Origin: a virus
DNA: 64,000 nucleotides
Strand: one strand, 5' to 3'
IMG/VR virus record: IMGVR_UViG_3300008259_000009
This document shows positions 1 to 8,421 of this stretch, one piece after another. The notes below the pieces were generated by a model, which was not told the DNA's origin, searched no databases, and worked only from the letters and a program-made list of their open reading frames with translations. The translations under genes and the position numbers were made by a program. Within the stretch, counting starts at the first letter, position 1, and every line of letters begins with the position of its first letter.

Positions 1-344
1 TTAGGTTGTTGAGCACCTTGTAATGAAGTCAACGCTGTTTGAACTGCCGCCGCTGTTTTTGGTCCCCATTTACCATCAACAACTAATCCTGAATTAAATT
101 TTTCATTTAATTTAGTTTGTAATGCCTCAACTTTTGGGTTTTTAACGCCTTTTTGGATTACCGTGGGTTGTACTGTCGCACCTGATGTCGCACCTGATGT
201 CGCACCTGATGTCACTCCTGATGTTGTGGTACCTTGTTGTAAAGATGGGTCAATACCACCAGGTCCCGCCTCATTTATAAATTTTCTATGAAGATTTATA
301 ATTTGATTTTTCTCTTCTTCAGTTATAATTAATCTTTGTTTCAT
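1..344 (-). CDS. Putative peptidoglycan-binding domain protein with shared N-terminal ITEE motif (3'-truncated at window edge)
   Basis: Manually translated, not in ORF track: MKQRLIITEEEKNQIINLHRKFINE...(TSGA)n...QKGVKNPKVEALQTKLN...VDGKWGPKTAAAV; the DGxWGPxT signature is typical of PG_binding_1. Confidence 0.7.
   Translation of the reverse strand, partial: MKQRLIITEEEKNQIINLHRKFINEAGPGGIDPSLQQGTTTSGVTSGATSGATSGATVQPTVIQKGVKNPKVEALQTKLNEKFNSGLVVDGKWGPKTAAAVQTALTSLQGAQQP
175..225 (-). repeat. 12-bp tandem repeat encoding a TSGA linker
   Basis: TCGCACCTGATG x3 plus a degenerate copy on the + strand. Confidence 0.85.
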
Positions 345-355
345 AATATAATTTC

Positions 356-1048
356 TTATCCTAATTTAGCTAATATTGCGTCAATATCCGCATCGGTTAA
401 TTGTCCTGTTGGAGTTTGAACCCCTAAAGATGTTTGTATTTGTGTATTTAAATTTGCAACATCTTGAGTGAATTGTGATGAACCTCCTCCTGAGCCTGAA
501 CCTCCTCCTGAGCCTGAACCTCCTCCTGAGCCTGAACCTCCTCCTGAACCCGCATTGGCGTCTTTTACAGGGGGTTCTTGTTTTGGTGCTTTATATTGAC
601 AAACTTTAGTTAGTTGAGCCGTTAAATATCTTTCCTCATCATACCATCGTTGACTTTTGTCTTGGAATTGTACTGATGGTGTTTTTATATTCTTAACGTT
701 AGTTAAACTAAATTTACCTGTTGCACAATTATACATAACACTTGCGGTCGCCTGACCATTTATTTTTCCTGTTAAAACAAATTTGGTTCCTTTAAAAAAT
801 TTTAATTCATTGTTAGATGTACCTCCTTTAGCATTTTCTAAAGAATAACTTGCAGAACTTACAGTCCATGATTGTAGAGGAGTTATTTTTTGTTTTGGTT
901 GTGCGTTTGATTTACCATAATTAGGGTCAGATACGTTTCCACCTTCCTCATTAATAATATTTAAATACTGATTTTTAGTTCTTTCCTCATGTAATGATAA
1001 AATCCTTTTTACTTCGTCAGATTCTATATCAAATAATTTTTTTTTCAT
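356..1048 (-). CDS. Hypothetical protein, probably virion-associated, with Gly/Ser linker
   Basis: 230-aa ORF; N-terminus MKKKLFDIESDEVKRILSLHE...IINE; TATTTAT motif just upstream. Confidence 0.75.
   Translation of the reverse strand: MKKKLFDIESDEVKRILSLHEERTKNQYLNIINEEGGNVSDPNYGKSNAQPKQKITPLQSWTVSSASYSLENAKGGTSNNELKFFKGTKFVLTGKINGQATASVMYNCATGKFSLTNVKNIKTPSVQFQDKSQRWYDEERYLTAQLTKVCQYKAPKQEPPVKDANAGSGGGSGSGGGSGSGGGSGSGGGSSQFTQDVANLNTQIQTSLGVQTPTGQLTDADIDAILAKLG
480..550 (-). repeat. 18-bp tandem repeat (~4 copies) encoding GSGGGS
   Basis: GAACCTCCTCCTGAGCCT repeated on the + strand. Confidence 0.9.
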
Positions 1049-1087
1049 AAAAAATGTTTATTTATAAATATCTGAAAATAAGAAAAA

Positions 1088-1564
1088 TCACCCCTCCAAT
1101 TTATGTTTTTGATACATAACTGACATAACGTGTATAATACTATGGAGATGATATGAACATAAAATAATAATACCATAAATTTCAAGGTATAATAACCCTA
1201 ATAAAAAACCAACTAATGGTGATAAAAGGTATAAATAAGCATAAAATTTAAATCGTTTACTTTTAAATAAAGGATAAAGACAAGATAAAAAAAACATAAC
1301 GGCAACAACGTTATGTATCATTGGATATAATTTAACTGAGAAAGCGGTTACCATCACTAATAAAAAAGATGAAAACCTCCAATTGTCTATTCCAAAAAAG
1401 AAATATGCTGTCATTACATTCGCAACAATAAATAATGGTTGTAATGAAGTATTCCAATATTGTGATAATGATAAAAGTTCACCCTCAACTGACAATAACA
1501 CAAAAGGATATAGTAATGATATTAATATAACTATAATTTTTAGTATGTGTTGGGTGTAATTCAT
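1088..1564 (-). CDS. Multi-pass membrane protein
   Basis: 158 aa with several hydrophobic segments. Confidence 0.7.
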   Translation of the reverse strand: MNYTQHILKIIVILISLLYPFVLLSVEGELLSLSQYWNTSLQPLFIVANVMTAYFFFGIDNWRFSSFLLVMVTAFSVKLYPMIHNVVAVMFFLSCLYPLFKSKRFKFYAYLYLLSPLVGFLLGLLYLEIYGIIILCSYHLHSIIHVMSVMYQKHKLEG

Positions 1565-1578
1565 AAAGAGGATTTTAT

Positions 1579-2265
1579 TTATAAATAGTCTAATTTATTT
1601 GACTTGCGAATATTTTCATCACCCCACAATGGTTGCAAATTGTTTAATGACCAACATTCTATAAACTCATTGTCACCAATCTCTTGGATGTTGAATGATG
1701 AAATCGGTTTTATATGGTCAACATGCCATTCACCATAATTGTCCCAAGACATTCTTTCATCAAATTGTTTTTCCAAATGTACAATTAAATCTTCGGGTGA
1801 GTATTTTAGAATATCAAAATAATGACCGTTTTTTTTAACATTGTTTTCCTTTAAAACCTGATAAATTGCGGTTCTGAAATTGTTGATTAGTTTATAAATG
1901 GGGTCGTTCGCTTTACGGGTTTTTTCGTAATTACGTTTTATTTCACGAATTTTTTCTTTATTTTTTTCACGGTATTCTTTTATATATTCGTTCCATTTAT
2001 CTTTGTTATCTTCATACCATTGTTTATGATATGATAATCTTTTTTCTTTATTTTTATTATAATGTCTTTTATCTGAAGCACTTTTACCACCTTTATATTT
2101 TCTTCCAGATGGACCAATATTAACTTTATTTTCTTTAAGTACTCTTAAAACTATGTGTTTTTTAATATTTAATTTTTCAGAAATAGATGGACTACCTAAA
2201 TATTCTTCGTTGTAAAGTCTTAAAATTTCTTTTTCTATAATTCCATCAATAATTATTTTTTTCAT
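1579..2265 (-). CDS. Free-standing HNH-family (homing-like) endonuclease
   Basis: WHVDHIKPISSF...NNLQPLWGDENIRKSNK HNH motif; basic repetitive N-terminal region. Confidence 0.8.
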   Translation of the reverse strand: MKKIIIDGIIEKEILRLYNEEYLGSPSISEKLNIKKHIVLRVLKENKVNIGPSGRKYKGGKSASDKRHYNKNKEKRLSYHKQWYEDNKDKWNEYIKEYREKNKEKIREIKRNYEKTRKANDPIYKLINNFRTAIYQVLKENNVKKNGHYFDILKYSPEDLIVHLEKQFDERMSWDNYGEWHVDHIKPISSFNIQEIGDNEFIECWSLNNLQPLWGDENIRKSNKLDYL

Positions 2266-2309
2266 ATATTATATATATAAACATATTAACGATTATATCA
2301 ATATCAAGT

Positions 2310-2342
2310 AAAAAAAAAGGTCAGATTAACTCTGACCTTTTT
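2310..2342. terminator. Intrinsic terminator after the major capsid gene
   Basis: AAAGGTCAGA-ttaac-TCTGACCTTT flanked by A/T tracts. Confidence 0.85.
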
Positions 2343-2364
2343 CATATTTTATTTAAGATTTTGA

Positions 2365-4248
2365 TTATCTCAATTCTCTTAAATCAAATGTACGAACTCC
2401 ATCTACAGTAATTCTACCGTAAAATCTATTGTTGACCATCTTCTTCGCGTATCTCGTCATGATACCTTTGATTGGTGTGAAGTTGAATGGGTTGTACATT
2501 GTAGGAGTTAATTGTAGAGGTACATACGGTGCGTAGATGTAACCTGTGTCTAACAATGACGTTCCTTTGTGTCCAATTAACACTTGGTTAGCTGGGAAGT
2601 AAGGGTCACGGTAAACTTGGTAACGACCTGCTAATGTACCAACTCTTTCAATACCCATGTTGTATTGGTCTTGCTCAGGAGACGCATTAGATACGTGGAA
2701 GTATTCTAAGTCATCAAAGATAGCTGAAACTTCAGAAGAAACAACAATCCAGTTAGCTCCACCTCTCAATGTAGATTTGTGGATTTGTGCTGACAATTGG
2801 TTGATTGCTGTAATCAAAGTTTGGTTCCAATCTTTTTGAGTGTAAGATGTAGTTGCTTGAATTCTTCTCCATCCATTGTAATCCCAACGTAGGTTCCAAG
2901 CCGCTCCTTTACGTAGGTCACGTAAAATTTCACGGTCAATTTCAGCTGCAACTTGTTCTGACAACAACGCTGTCAATTCAGCTTCAGCATCAATGTTATG
3001 GAACGCTGCAACGTCCTGAGCTAATTCTGGAGACCATTGTGCTCTTAGTTTTCTTTCTGTCACAGAAACTGTAACTGACTCAAGGTCAAAAGAAACCTCA
3101 CCAATTTTGTCTTCAAATTCTAACTCTTCGTAACGTCTGAAGATAGCTGTGAAAGCCGCGTCATCAACAAGAGTGTCAATCAATGTACCATTGTATCCGT
3201 CAATTGATTCTGCTTCACAAGTAGCACATACAGGACAAGAAAGGTCAATTTCTAAATAGATACATCCGTTAGCGTCACATACGTTTCTGAATGAACCACC
3301 ATTACCATCAGTAGCCCAAGTTGTTTGTTTAACAGGGTTTAAACCACTAACAATTCCTTGACCATATTGTTGAGTAACAACTCTGAACAATAATGAAACA
3401 GGATTACCATCAGCATCAACTACTGTATTACAAGCCGATGTTGCAGAAACTGTGAAGTCAGCAACGTTAGCAATAACGTGTAAATCAGCTAAGAATGCTT
3501 CAGTATCCATTTCGTTTCCATCAGGTCCAATTAATTTACCAGCACCTGTATCAGCAAAACCACACATTTTGATGATAAGTTTTCTTACATTTTTACCGTC
3601 AAATGCCGCACCAGCGTCAACTAAACTACCATTATCCCATTTTTGAACAACAGTAGAAGATGTAATTGCTGACCAACGACCTTTAGAGTAGTCAAATAAA
3701 CCTGCTGGGTCTAAACCTGGCTCAGTTCCTTCGTAGAACAAATCATAAAGATTTTTCTTGTAAGTTGGGTTGTAAGAACCTGAAGAATAAGCTGGGTCAT
3801 AACCTGCTGCAACTGCCGCTCCGTCTGTATCAGGATTACTTGGTGAACCAATTGGTGCGTAGTGTGCTCCTGATTGACCAGCGTCTAATCCATTATAAGT
3901 ACCACCATTATAACCTTGGATTTTAGGTACGAAGTAGAACAATTTACCAATAGGTAAGTTCATTGCTTGTACAGAAACGATATCGTTTGCCAACAATTTA
4001 GAGAATACACGTCTAACGATTGGGAAAACCACAGTTTCAAAAGAACCTGATGAACCGTCAGAAGTTGCTTCGTTGATTAGGTGAGACGCTTGGTTCTCAT
4101 ATAACTGAGCTACGTTCTCTTTAAGATGTCCTTTAAGACCATCTAGGAATCCTAATTTATCCCATTTGTTAATAGTATCTTCTTTGATAACTTTAAGGTG
4201 CTTAAGACCGATGTTACCAACAAGACCTGATTCTAATAATGCTCCCAT
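2365..4248 (-). CDS. gp23: Major capsid protein, T4 gp23-like, with large insertion
   Basis: PIVRRVFSKLLANDIVSVQAMNLP; TERKLRAQWSPELAQDVAAFHNIDAEAELTALLSEQVAAEIDREI; YAPYVPL...GIMTRYA. Confidence 0.97.
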   Translation of the reverse strand: MGALLESGLVGNIGLKHLKVIKEDTINKWDKLGFLDGLKGHLKENVAQLYENQASHLINEATSDGSSGSFETVVFPIVRRVFSKLLANDIVSVQAMNLPIGKLFYFVPKIQGYNGGTYNGLDAGQSGAHYAPIGSPSNPDTDGAAVAAGYDPAYSSGSYNPTYKKNLYDLFYEGTEPGLDPAGLFDYSKGRWSAITSSTVVQKWDNGSLVDAGAAFDGKNVRKLIIKMCGFADTGAGKLIGPDGNEMDTEAFLADLHVIANVADFTVSATSACNTVVDADGNPVSLLFRVVTQQYGQGIVSGLNPVKQTTWATDGNGGSFRNVCDANGCIYLEIDLSCPVCATCEAESIDGYNGTLIDTLVDDAAFTAIFRRYEELEFEDKIGEVSFDLESVTVSVTERKLRAQWSPELAQDVAAFHNIDAEAELTALLSEQVAAEIDREILRDLRKGAAWNLRWDYNGWRRIQATTSYTQKDWNQTLITAINQLSAQIHKSTLRGGANWIVVSSEVSAIFDDLEYFHVSNASPEQDQYNMGIERVGTLAGRYQVYRDPYFPANQVLIGHKGTSLLDTGYIYAPYVPLQLTPTMYNPFNFTPIKGIMTRYAKKMVNNRFYGRITVDGVRTFDLRELR

Positions 4249-4285
4249 TTTGTTTTTGTTTTTATTTTATTTGTTTATTTTATTT

Positions 4286-5812
4286 TTATTTTAATTTTGC
4301 CATTAAATCTTTCATTCTCAAGAATTGAGGATTTTCGTAAGTTTTTGACTCAATTAAATTAACCGCTGAACCTGTTGATGGTGAGTTATTAATAGCTCTA
4401 TCAATTGACTCATTCATTGGTTGTGATTTTGTGTTTGTTAATTCATCCTTAATAGAATGATATAAGTTTTTAGATTCTTTAATAGTTTCTACAGAATCAA
4501 ATCTTTTTAGGATGTTGATTTTTTCTTGTTTAGTTGTAGTATGCTCAGTAAACAAACGTGTAGCGTAAGCCAAGTTTGAATTGAACACTGCAACTTCATT
4601 CAACTTATCTCTAAATACATTCAATGCTTTTCTGTATTCTTCGTTCTTTTCTCTTAAAACTTTGATTTCGTTGTTGTTAACGTTTTCTAGATTAAGATTT
4701 CTATTAGGTGTAATACCTTTTCTCAAACCACGTCCTGATTTAGAACCATTTCCGTAAGTACGAGCGGCTTCTTTAGTTTCAGATTTTTTACCTTTAACTA
4801 ATTTCATTTTACCGTCTAAGTTTTCACCATCTTTATAAGAGAAACCTTTTTTAGCACTTCCTGTACCCATAGTTTTGTTAGCTGTTTTCTTAACAGTTTT
4901 AAAACCACCTTCTTGGTTAGGTTTAGCTGAATAGATTTTTTTCTTATTTGGTTTACCCATTCCTACACCTTTAGCTTTAAACGATTTAGATTCCATTACT
5001 GAATCCAAATCATAAGACTCATCTTCTTCCTCTTCAAACTCTTCGTCCAATTCGTAAGACTCATCTTCTTCTTCATCTTCCATCTCAATTTCGTAAACGA
5101 TTTCTTCCTCTTCTTCGTCTTCAAACTCTTCGTCTAATTCGTAAGATTCATCTTCTTCCTCGTCCTCCATTTCAATTTCGTAAACGATTTCTTCATCCTC
5201 TTCTTCTTCAAACTCTTCAGTTGCGAAAACTTTATTAATGATATCCTTAACTTCAGATTCAGATTCGTCTTCATCTTCATACATTTCAGACTCAAATGAG
5301 AAATCATCCTCTTCGTCCATTTCTGAAAAATCAAACTCTTCTTCTGATTCTTGTACAATCATATATTCTTTGTTTGTTTGGTTGTCTTTTAAATTGATGT
5401 TACCTGTTTCATCTTTCTTAACGATTACCTCATCTTCAGGTCCCATTAGTTGGAATACTCTCAACATCTCTTGAGTATCCTCTTCACTGTCACCTAATGT
5501 TGTTAAATCAATAACAGGTTCTTCGTCATCAGAATCCTCTAAGTCATCCATTTCAAAATTATCAACATCAGCGTCGTCCATTTCGTCGTCAGCCATTTCC
5601 TCATCGGAATCAACTTCATCCTCAACGTCTTCAACGTCAGTCTCTGGTTCTTCAATCTCATCACCTTGTTCCGTAAGAGATTCTTTTACTAATTCTTTGA
5701 TTTCTCCTGCCATAGTTGACTGAAGTATTCCTTTTGCATTCTCGGCAATAGCTTCTTCCAAATTCTTAATTTGAATTACCGCTTCTTCTACCAAATTTTT
5801 TTTATTTTCCAT
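4286..5812 (-). CDS. gp22: Prohead core scaffolding protein, gp22-like
   Basis: Very acidic middle, coiled-coil C-terminal region, located between protease and MCP. Confidence 0.8.
   Translation of the reverse strand: MENKKNLVEEAVIQIKNLEEAIAENAKGILQSTMAGEIKELVKESLTEQGDEIEEPETDVEDVEDEVDSDEEMADDEMDDADVDNFEMDDLEDSDDEEPVIDLTTLGDSEEDTQEMLRVFQLMGPEDEVIVKKDETGNINLKDNQTNKEYMIVQESEEEFDFSEMDEEDDFSFESEMYEDEDESESEVKDIINKVFATEEFEEEEDEEIVYEIEMEDEEEDESYELDEEFEDEEEEEIVYEIEMEDEEEDESYELDEEFEEEEDESYDLDSVMESKSFKAKGVGMGKPNKKKIYSAKPNQEGGFKTVKKTANKTMGTGSAKKGFSYKDGENLDGKMKLVKGKKSETKEAARTYGNGSKSGRGLRKGITPNRNLNLENVNNNEIKVLREKNEEYRKALNVFRDKLNEVAVFNSNLAYATRLFTEHTTTKQEKINILKRFDSVETIKESKNLYHSIKDELTNTKSQPMNESIDRAINNSPSTGSAVNLIESKTYENPQFLRMKDLMAKLK
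5020..5205 (-). repeat. 87-bp (29-aa) internal duplication in scaffold
   Basis: TCGTAAACGA at 5091 and 5178; IVYEIEMEDEEEDESYELDEEFE x2. Confidence 0.85.
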
Positions 5813-5929
5813 TTACAGTTTGGTTTTTTTCTATATAAATAGTTTTAATTTTTAAAAAAGTTATTATTGAGGATTATTCCTCGTAACTTTTTTATTTAAA
5901 TAAATATTCTGAAAAATGTTAAAAACAAA

Positions 5930-5955
5930 AAAAGGAGGGTATTATCCCTCCTTTT
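5930..5955. terminator. Intrinsic terminator
   Basis: AAAAGGAGGG-tattat-CCCTCCTTTT. Confidence 0.8.
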
Positions 5956-5976
5956 AAATTTATCGTTGAAAAAATT

Positions 5977-6186
5977 TTAGTCTATCACCTCATCAATTTT
6001 ACTTTCAACAATAGCGGTGATTCTCCAATCCATTGTGTAGTTTTCGTAAATTTTGGTAACCTTTGCTTCTACGTCTGTGGGACTGTAACCTTTTACCAAT
6101 TTTTCTTCTTTAACTTTTTTCACTTTACCTGAATCGGAATCTACCAAGTCAGTCGTAATTCTTGCTACAAAATATTTTTCGTCCAT
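5977..6186 (-). CDS. Small protein resembling DUF4494 family
   Basis: YFVARIT...SGKVKKVKEEKLVKGYSPTDVEAKV...WRITAIVESKI; resemblance from memory only. Confidence 0.55.
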   Translation of the reverse strand: MDEKYFVARITTDLVDSDSGKVKKVKEEKLVKGYSPTDVEAKVTKIYENYTMDWRITAIVESKIDEVID

Positions 6187-6197
6187 AATTAATTTGT

Positions 6198-6923
6198 TTA
6201 ATATCCCAAATAATCGGACAATCTTTTCATTAAGTCAAGTGATTTGTTATTATTATCACTAACTTCTGTTCCCGCTCTCATCTTCTTTTCTTCCTCAAGA
6301 TTCTCTTCATACTTAAATCTATCATCAGGATTTGAGAAAAGATAAGCACCAGGTGTTGATGGTGACGATACTAAGTCAAAACAAATTAGTTCAAAGTCAT
6401 CTTGAACTTCGTTTCTTTCACCTACTTTTTTTAATGAACCAACACCTCTTGATGAAATACCTAAAGTAACTCCTTGTCTTAGATAGTTAGCGGCCATATC
6501 ACCTTTAGTTGATACAATACCTCTTTCATGAAAACCTGGACTTGTTAGTAATAATAATTTACCCATAAGGATATTACCTTCCCACCATATTTCAGTTATC
6601 ATATGGGATACTCTATCTAAATCAATCAATGATGATTCTGGGTGATTTAATTCAGATAGAGATACTCCTTTCTCAATCATTTTTTTATAATTGTCGGCTT
6701 CACGTTTTAAAATACGTTCAGGATATATTCTACCATTTCTATTTGGGGTGTCATATTTCTGTAACACCGCATAAAATTCAAACGGTTTAGAATGGTCTAA
6801 AAAATTTTTAGATTCCTTTATAAAGTTTAAATTATGTTTTTCTTTAGGAGATATATATCCCGCATCATATTCTATAAGAATACCCTTCCCGATTTCGTTA
6901 GGGTTTAATATTTTTAAATCCAT
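6198..6923 (-). CDS. gp21: Prohead protease, T4 gp21-like
   Basis: NRNGRIYP, ELNHPE, GISSRGVGS, FDLVSSPS motifs. Confidence 0.93.
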   Translation of the reverse strand: MDLKILNPNEIGKGILIEYDAGYISPKEKHNLNFIKESKNFLDHSKPFEFYAVLQKYDTPNRNGRIYPERILKREADNYKKMIEKGVSLSELNHPESSLIDLDRVSHMITEIWWEGNILMGKLLLLTSPGFHERGIVSTKGDMAANYLRQGVTLGISSRGVGSLKKVGERNEVQDDFELICFDLVSSPSTPGAYLFSNPDDRFKYEENLEEEKKMRAGTEVSDNNNKSLDLMKRLSDYLGY

Positions 6924-6948
6924 TTTGAATGTTTTTATTTAATAAATA

Positions 6949-7416
6949 TTAAACACTTTCGGTTTGGAGCAATTCTTCTTGTTTTTTGGTTTTGGTTAAT
7001 GAAAAATTAAAATAATAATTTCCATTAAAATTCTCGTCATAAATTCTTGTTACAATATCTTTTAAATTCTCTTTTATTTCTTTTGATTTAAAATCAAGTT
7101 CTTCTGATGACAGATAAAAATTTATTTCTAAATTCATAAATGATTTTTTTCCTAATGTTAATCCACTTGAGCGTAAGTCTAAATCAACAATGAAATTCTC
7201 ATCAAATAAATCTCTGTCTAATGTTTCAAATACCGAATGTTTAATTGACCTACTTAAATTAAGAACAACCCTTGTCCAATTTTCAGGTTCTTTTATTGGT
7301 TCTACCCACGTTTGTAAATTTAAATACAATGATTTAAAATTAATTGAATCAACAGTTCCATACACAATTTTAGATGTACCAAACCCTTGTATTTTTGAGG
7401 TTTTCCCCTTTTTCAT
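6949..7416 (-). CDS. Hypothetical protein in head module
   Basis: 155-aa ORF divergent from bS21. Confidence 0.7.
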   Translation of the reverse strand: MKKGKTSKIQGFGTSKIVYGTVDSINFKSLYLNLQTWVEPIKEPENWTRVVLNLSRSIKHSVFETLDRDLFDENFIVDLDLRSSGLTLGKKSFMNLEINFYLSSEELDFKSKEIKENLKDIVTRIYDENFNGNYYFNFSLTKTKKQEELLQTESV

Positions 7417-7491
7417 TATTTTTCATATTATAATCGTTTATTTTTTTAAAATATAAGTATATTTACCATTATAGTCAAAAACCTAAAAATT

Positions 7492-7686
7492 ATGTTAATA
7501 GTTAAAGTAGATAAGAACTCAAATATTGAAAGGGCACTTAAAGAATATAAGGGTAAAATTATTAAAACAAGACAAAGTTCTAAATTAACTGAGAGAAAAG
7601 AATTTGTTAAAAAATCAGTTAAAAAAAGAAACGTACTCAACAAAGCTAAGTACGTTCAAAAAAAATATAAGAACAATCCTAATTAA
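7492..7686 (+). CDS. rpsU: Ribosomal protein bS21
   Basis: MLIVKVDKNSNIERALKEYKGK...LTERKEFVKKSVKKR; matches the bS21 pattern IERALK..K...R.EF.KPS. Confidence 0.88.
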   Translation: MLIVKVDKNSNIERALKEYKGKIIKTRQSSKLTERKEFVKKSVKKRNVLNKAKYVQKKYKNNPN

Positions 7687-8399
7687 AGATTCTCATTTAA
7701 ACTTTTCATCTTAAAATATGTAAGTTTATCATATTTTTCAGATTCAACTTTACTTATAGTTTCATTAATTCTTTTACCAGTTTCATAATCAGTATTTTCT
7801 CTTTTTAAAGAAGATAATTTAGAGATTACCGATTCTTTTAGAGACTGAAAGTCTTTACTTAATTTATCGTCATCCTCAGATAATAAATTATATAATTCTT
7901 TTTTATCTGATTCACTCAATGTCTCAATATAGTTTGTAATTGTTTTATTAGCTATTGATACCATAGAACTAATAGGTACTTTTGGAGATTCCTTTTTAAC
8001 GGTAGGTTTTTTCTTTAGTGACTCATATATTAACCTTTTACTGTTAATTCTTGACTCAATGGTTAATATATTATCTGAAAATAATTCATCAATGTGAGAA
8101 TAAACATTTTCTGTTTTTATATTTTTAACCCACTCATTTAATTGTTTTAAACTACTTGGTTTAATTTTTGAAGTTGTTTTAGAATATAAATTTTTACATT
8201 CAGTAATAAATTCATCAACAACTGACTCAGTTAATCCTTTATTTGAGGTTAACTCATCGTAAAGATAAAACAATTTACTAATGTCTTTGTTCTCCAACAC
8301 ATACGTCTTAAAGTTCTTTATCTCGTCTTTAAAAGTGTTTTTACCATATGATTCAGTTAATAACTTCTCAACTTTTGATTTTAATATCCCTATTTTCAT
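7683..8399 (-). CDS. Hypothetical helical protein in head module
   Basis: 238-aa ORF downstream of portal, TATTTAT motif upstream. Confidence 0.75.
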   Translation of the reverse strand: MKIGILKSKVEKLLTESYGKNTFKDEIKNFKTYVLENKDISKLFYLYDELTSNKGLTESVVDEFITECKNLYSKTTSKIKPSSLKQLNEWVKNIKTENVYSHIDELFSDNILTIESRINSKRLIYESLKKKPTVKKESPKVPISSMVSIANKTITNYIETLSESDKKELYNLLSEDDDKLSKDFQSLKESVISKLSSLKRENTDYETGKRINETISKVESEKYDKLTYFKMKSLNENL

Positions 8400-8421
8400 T
8401 TTTTCGTTTTTAATATAAATA

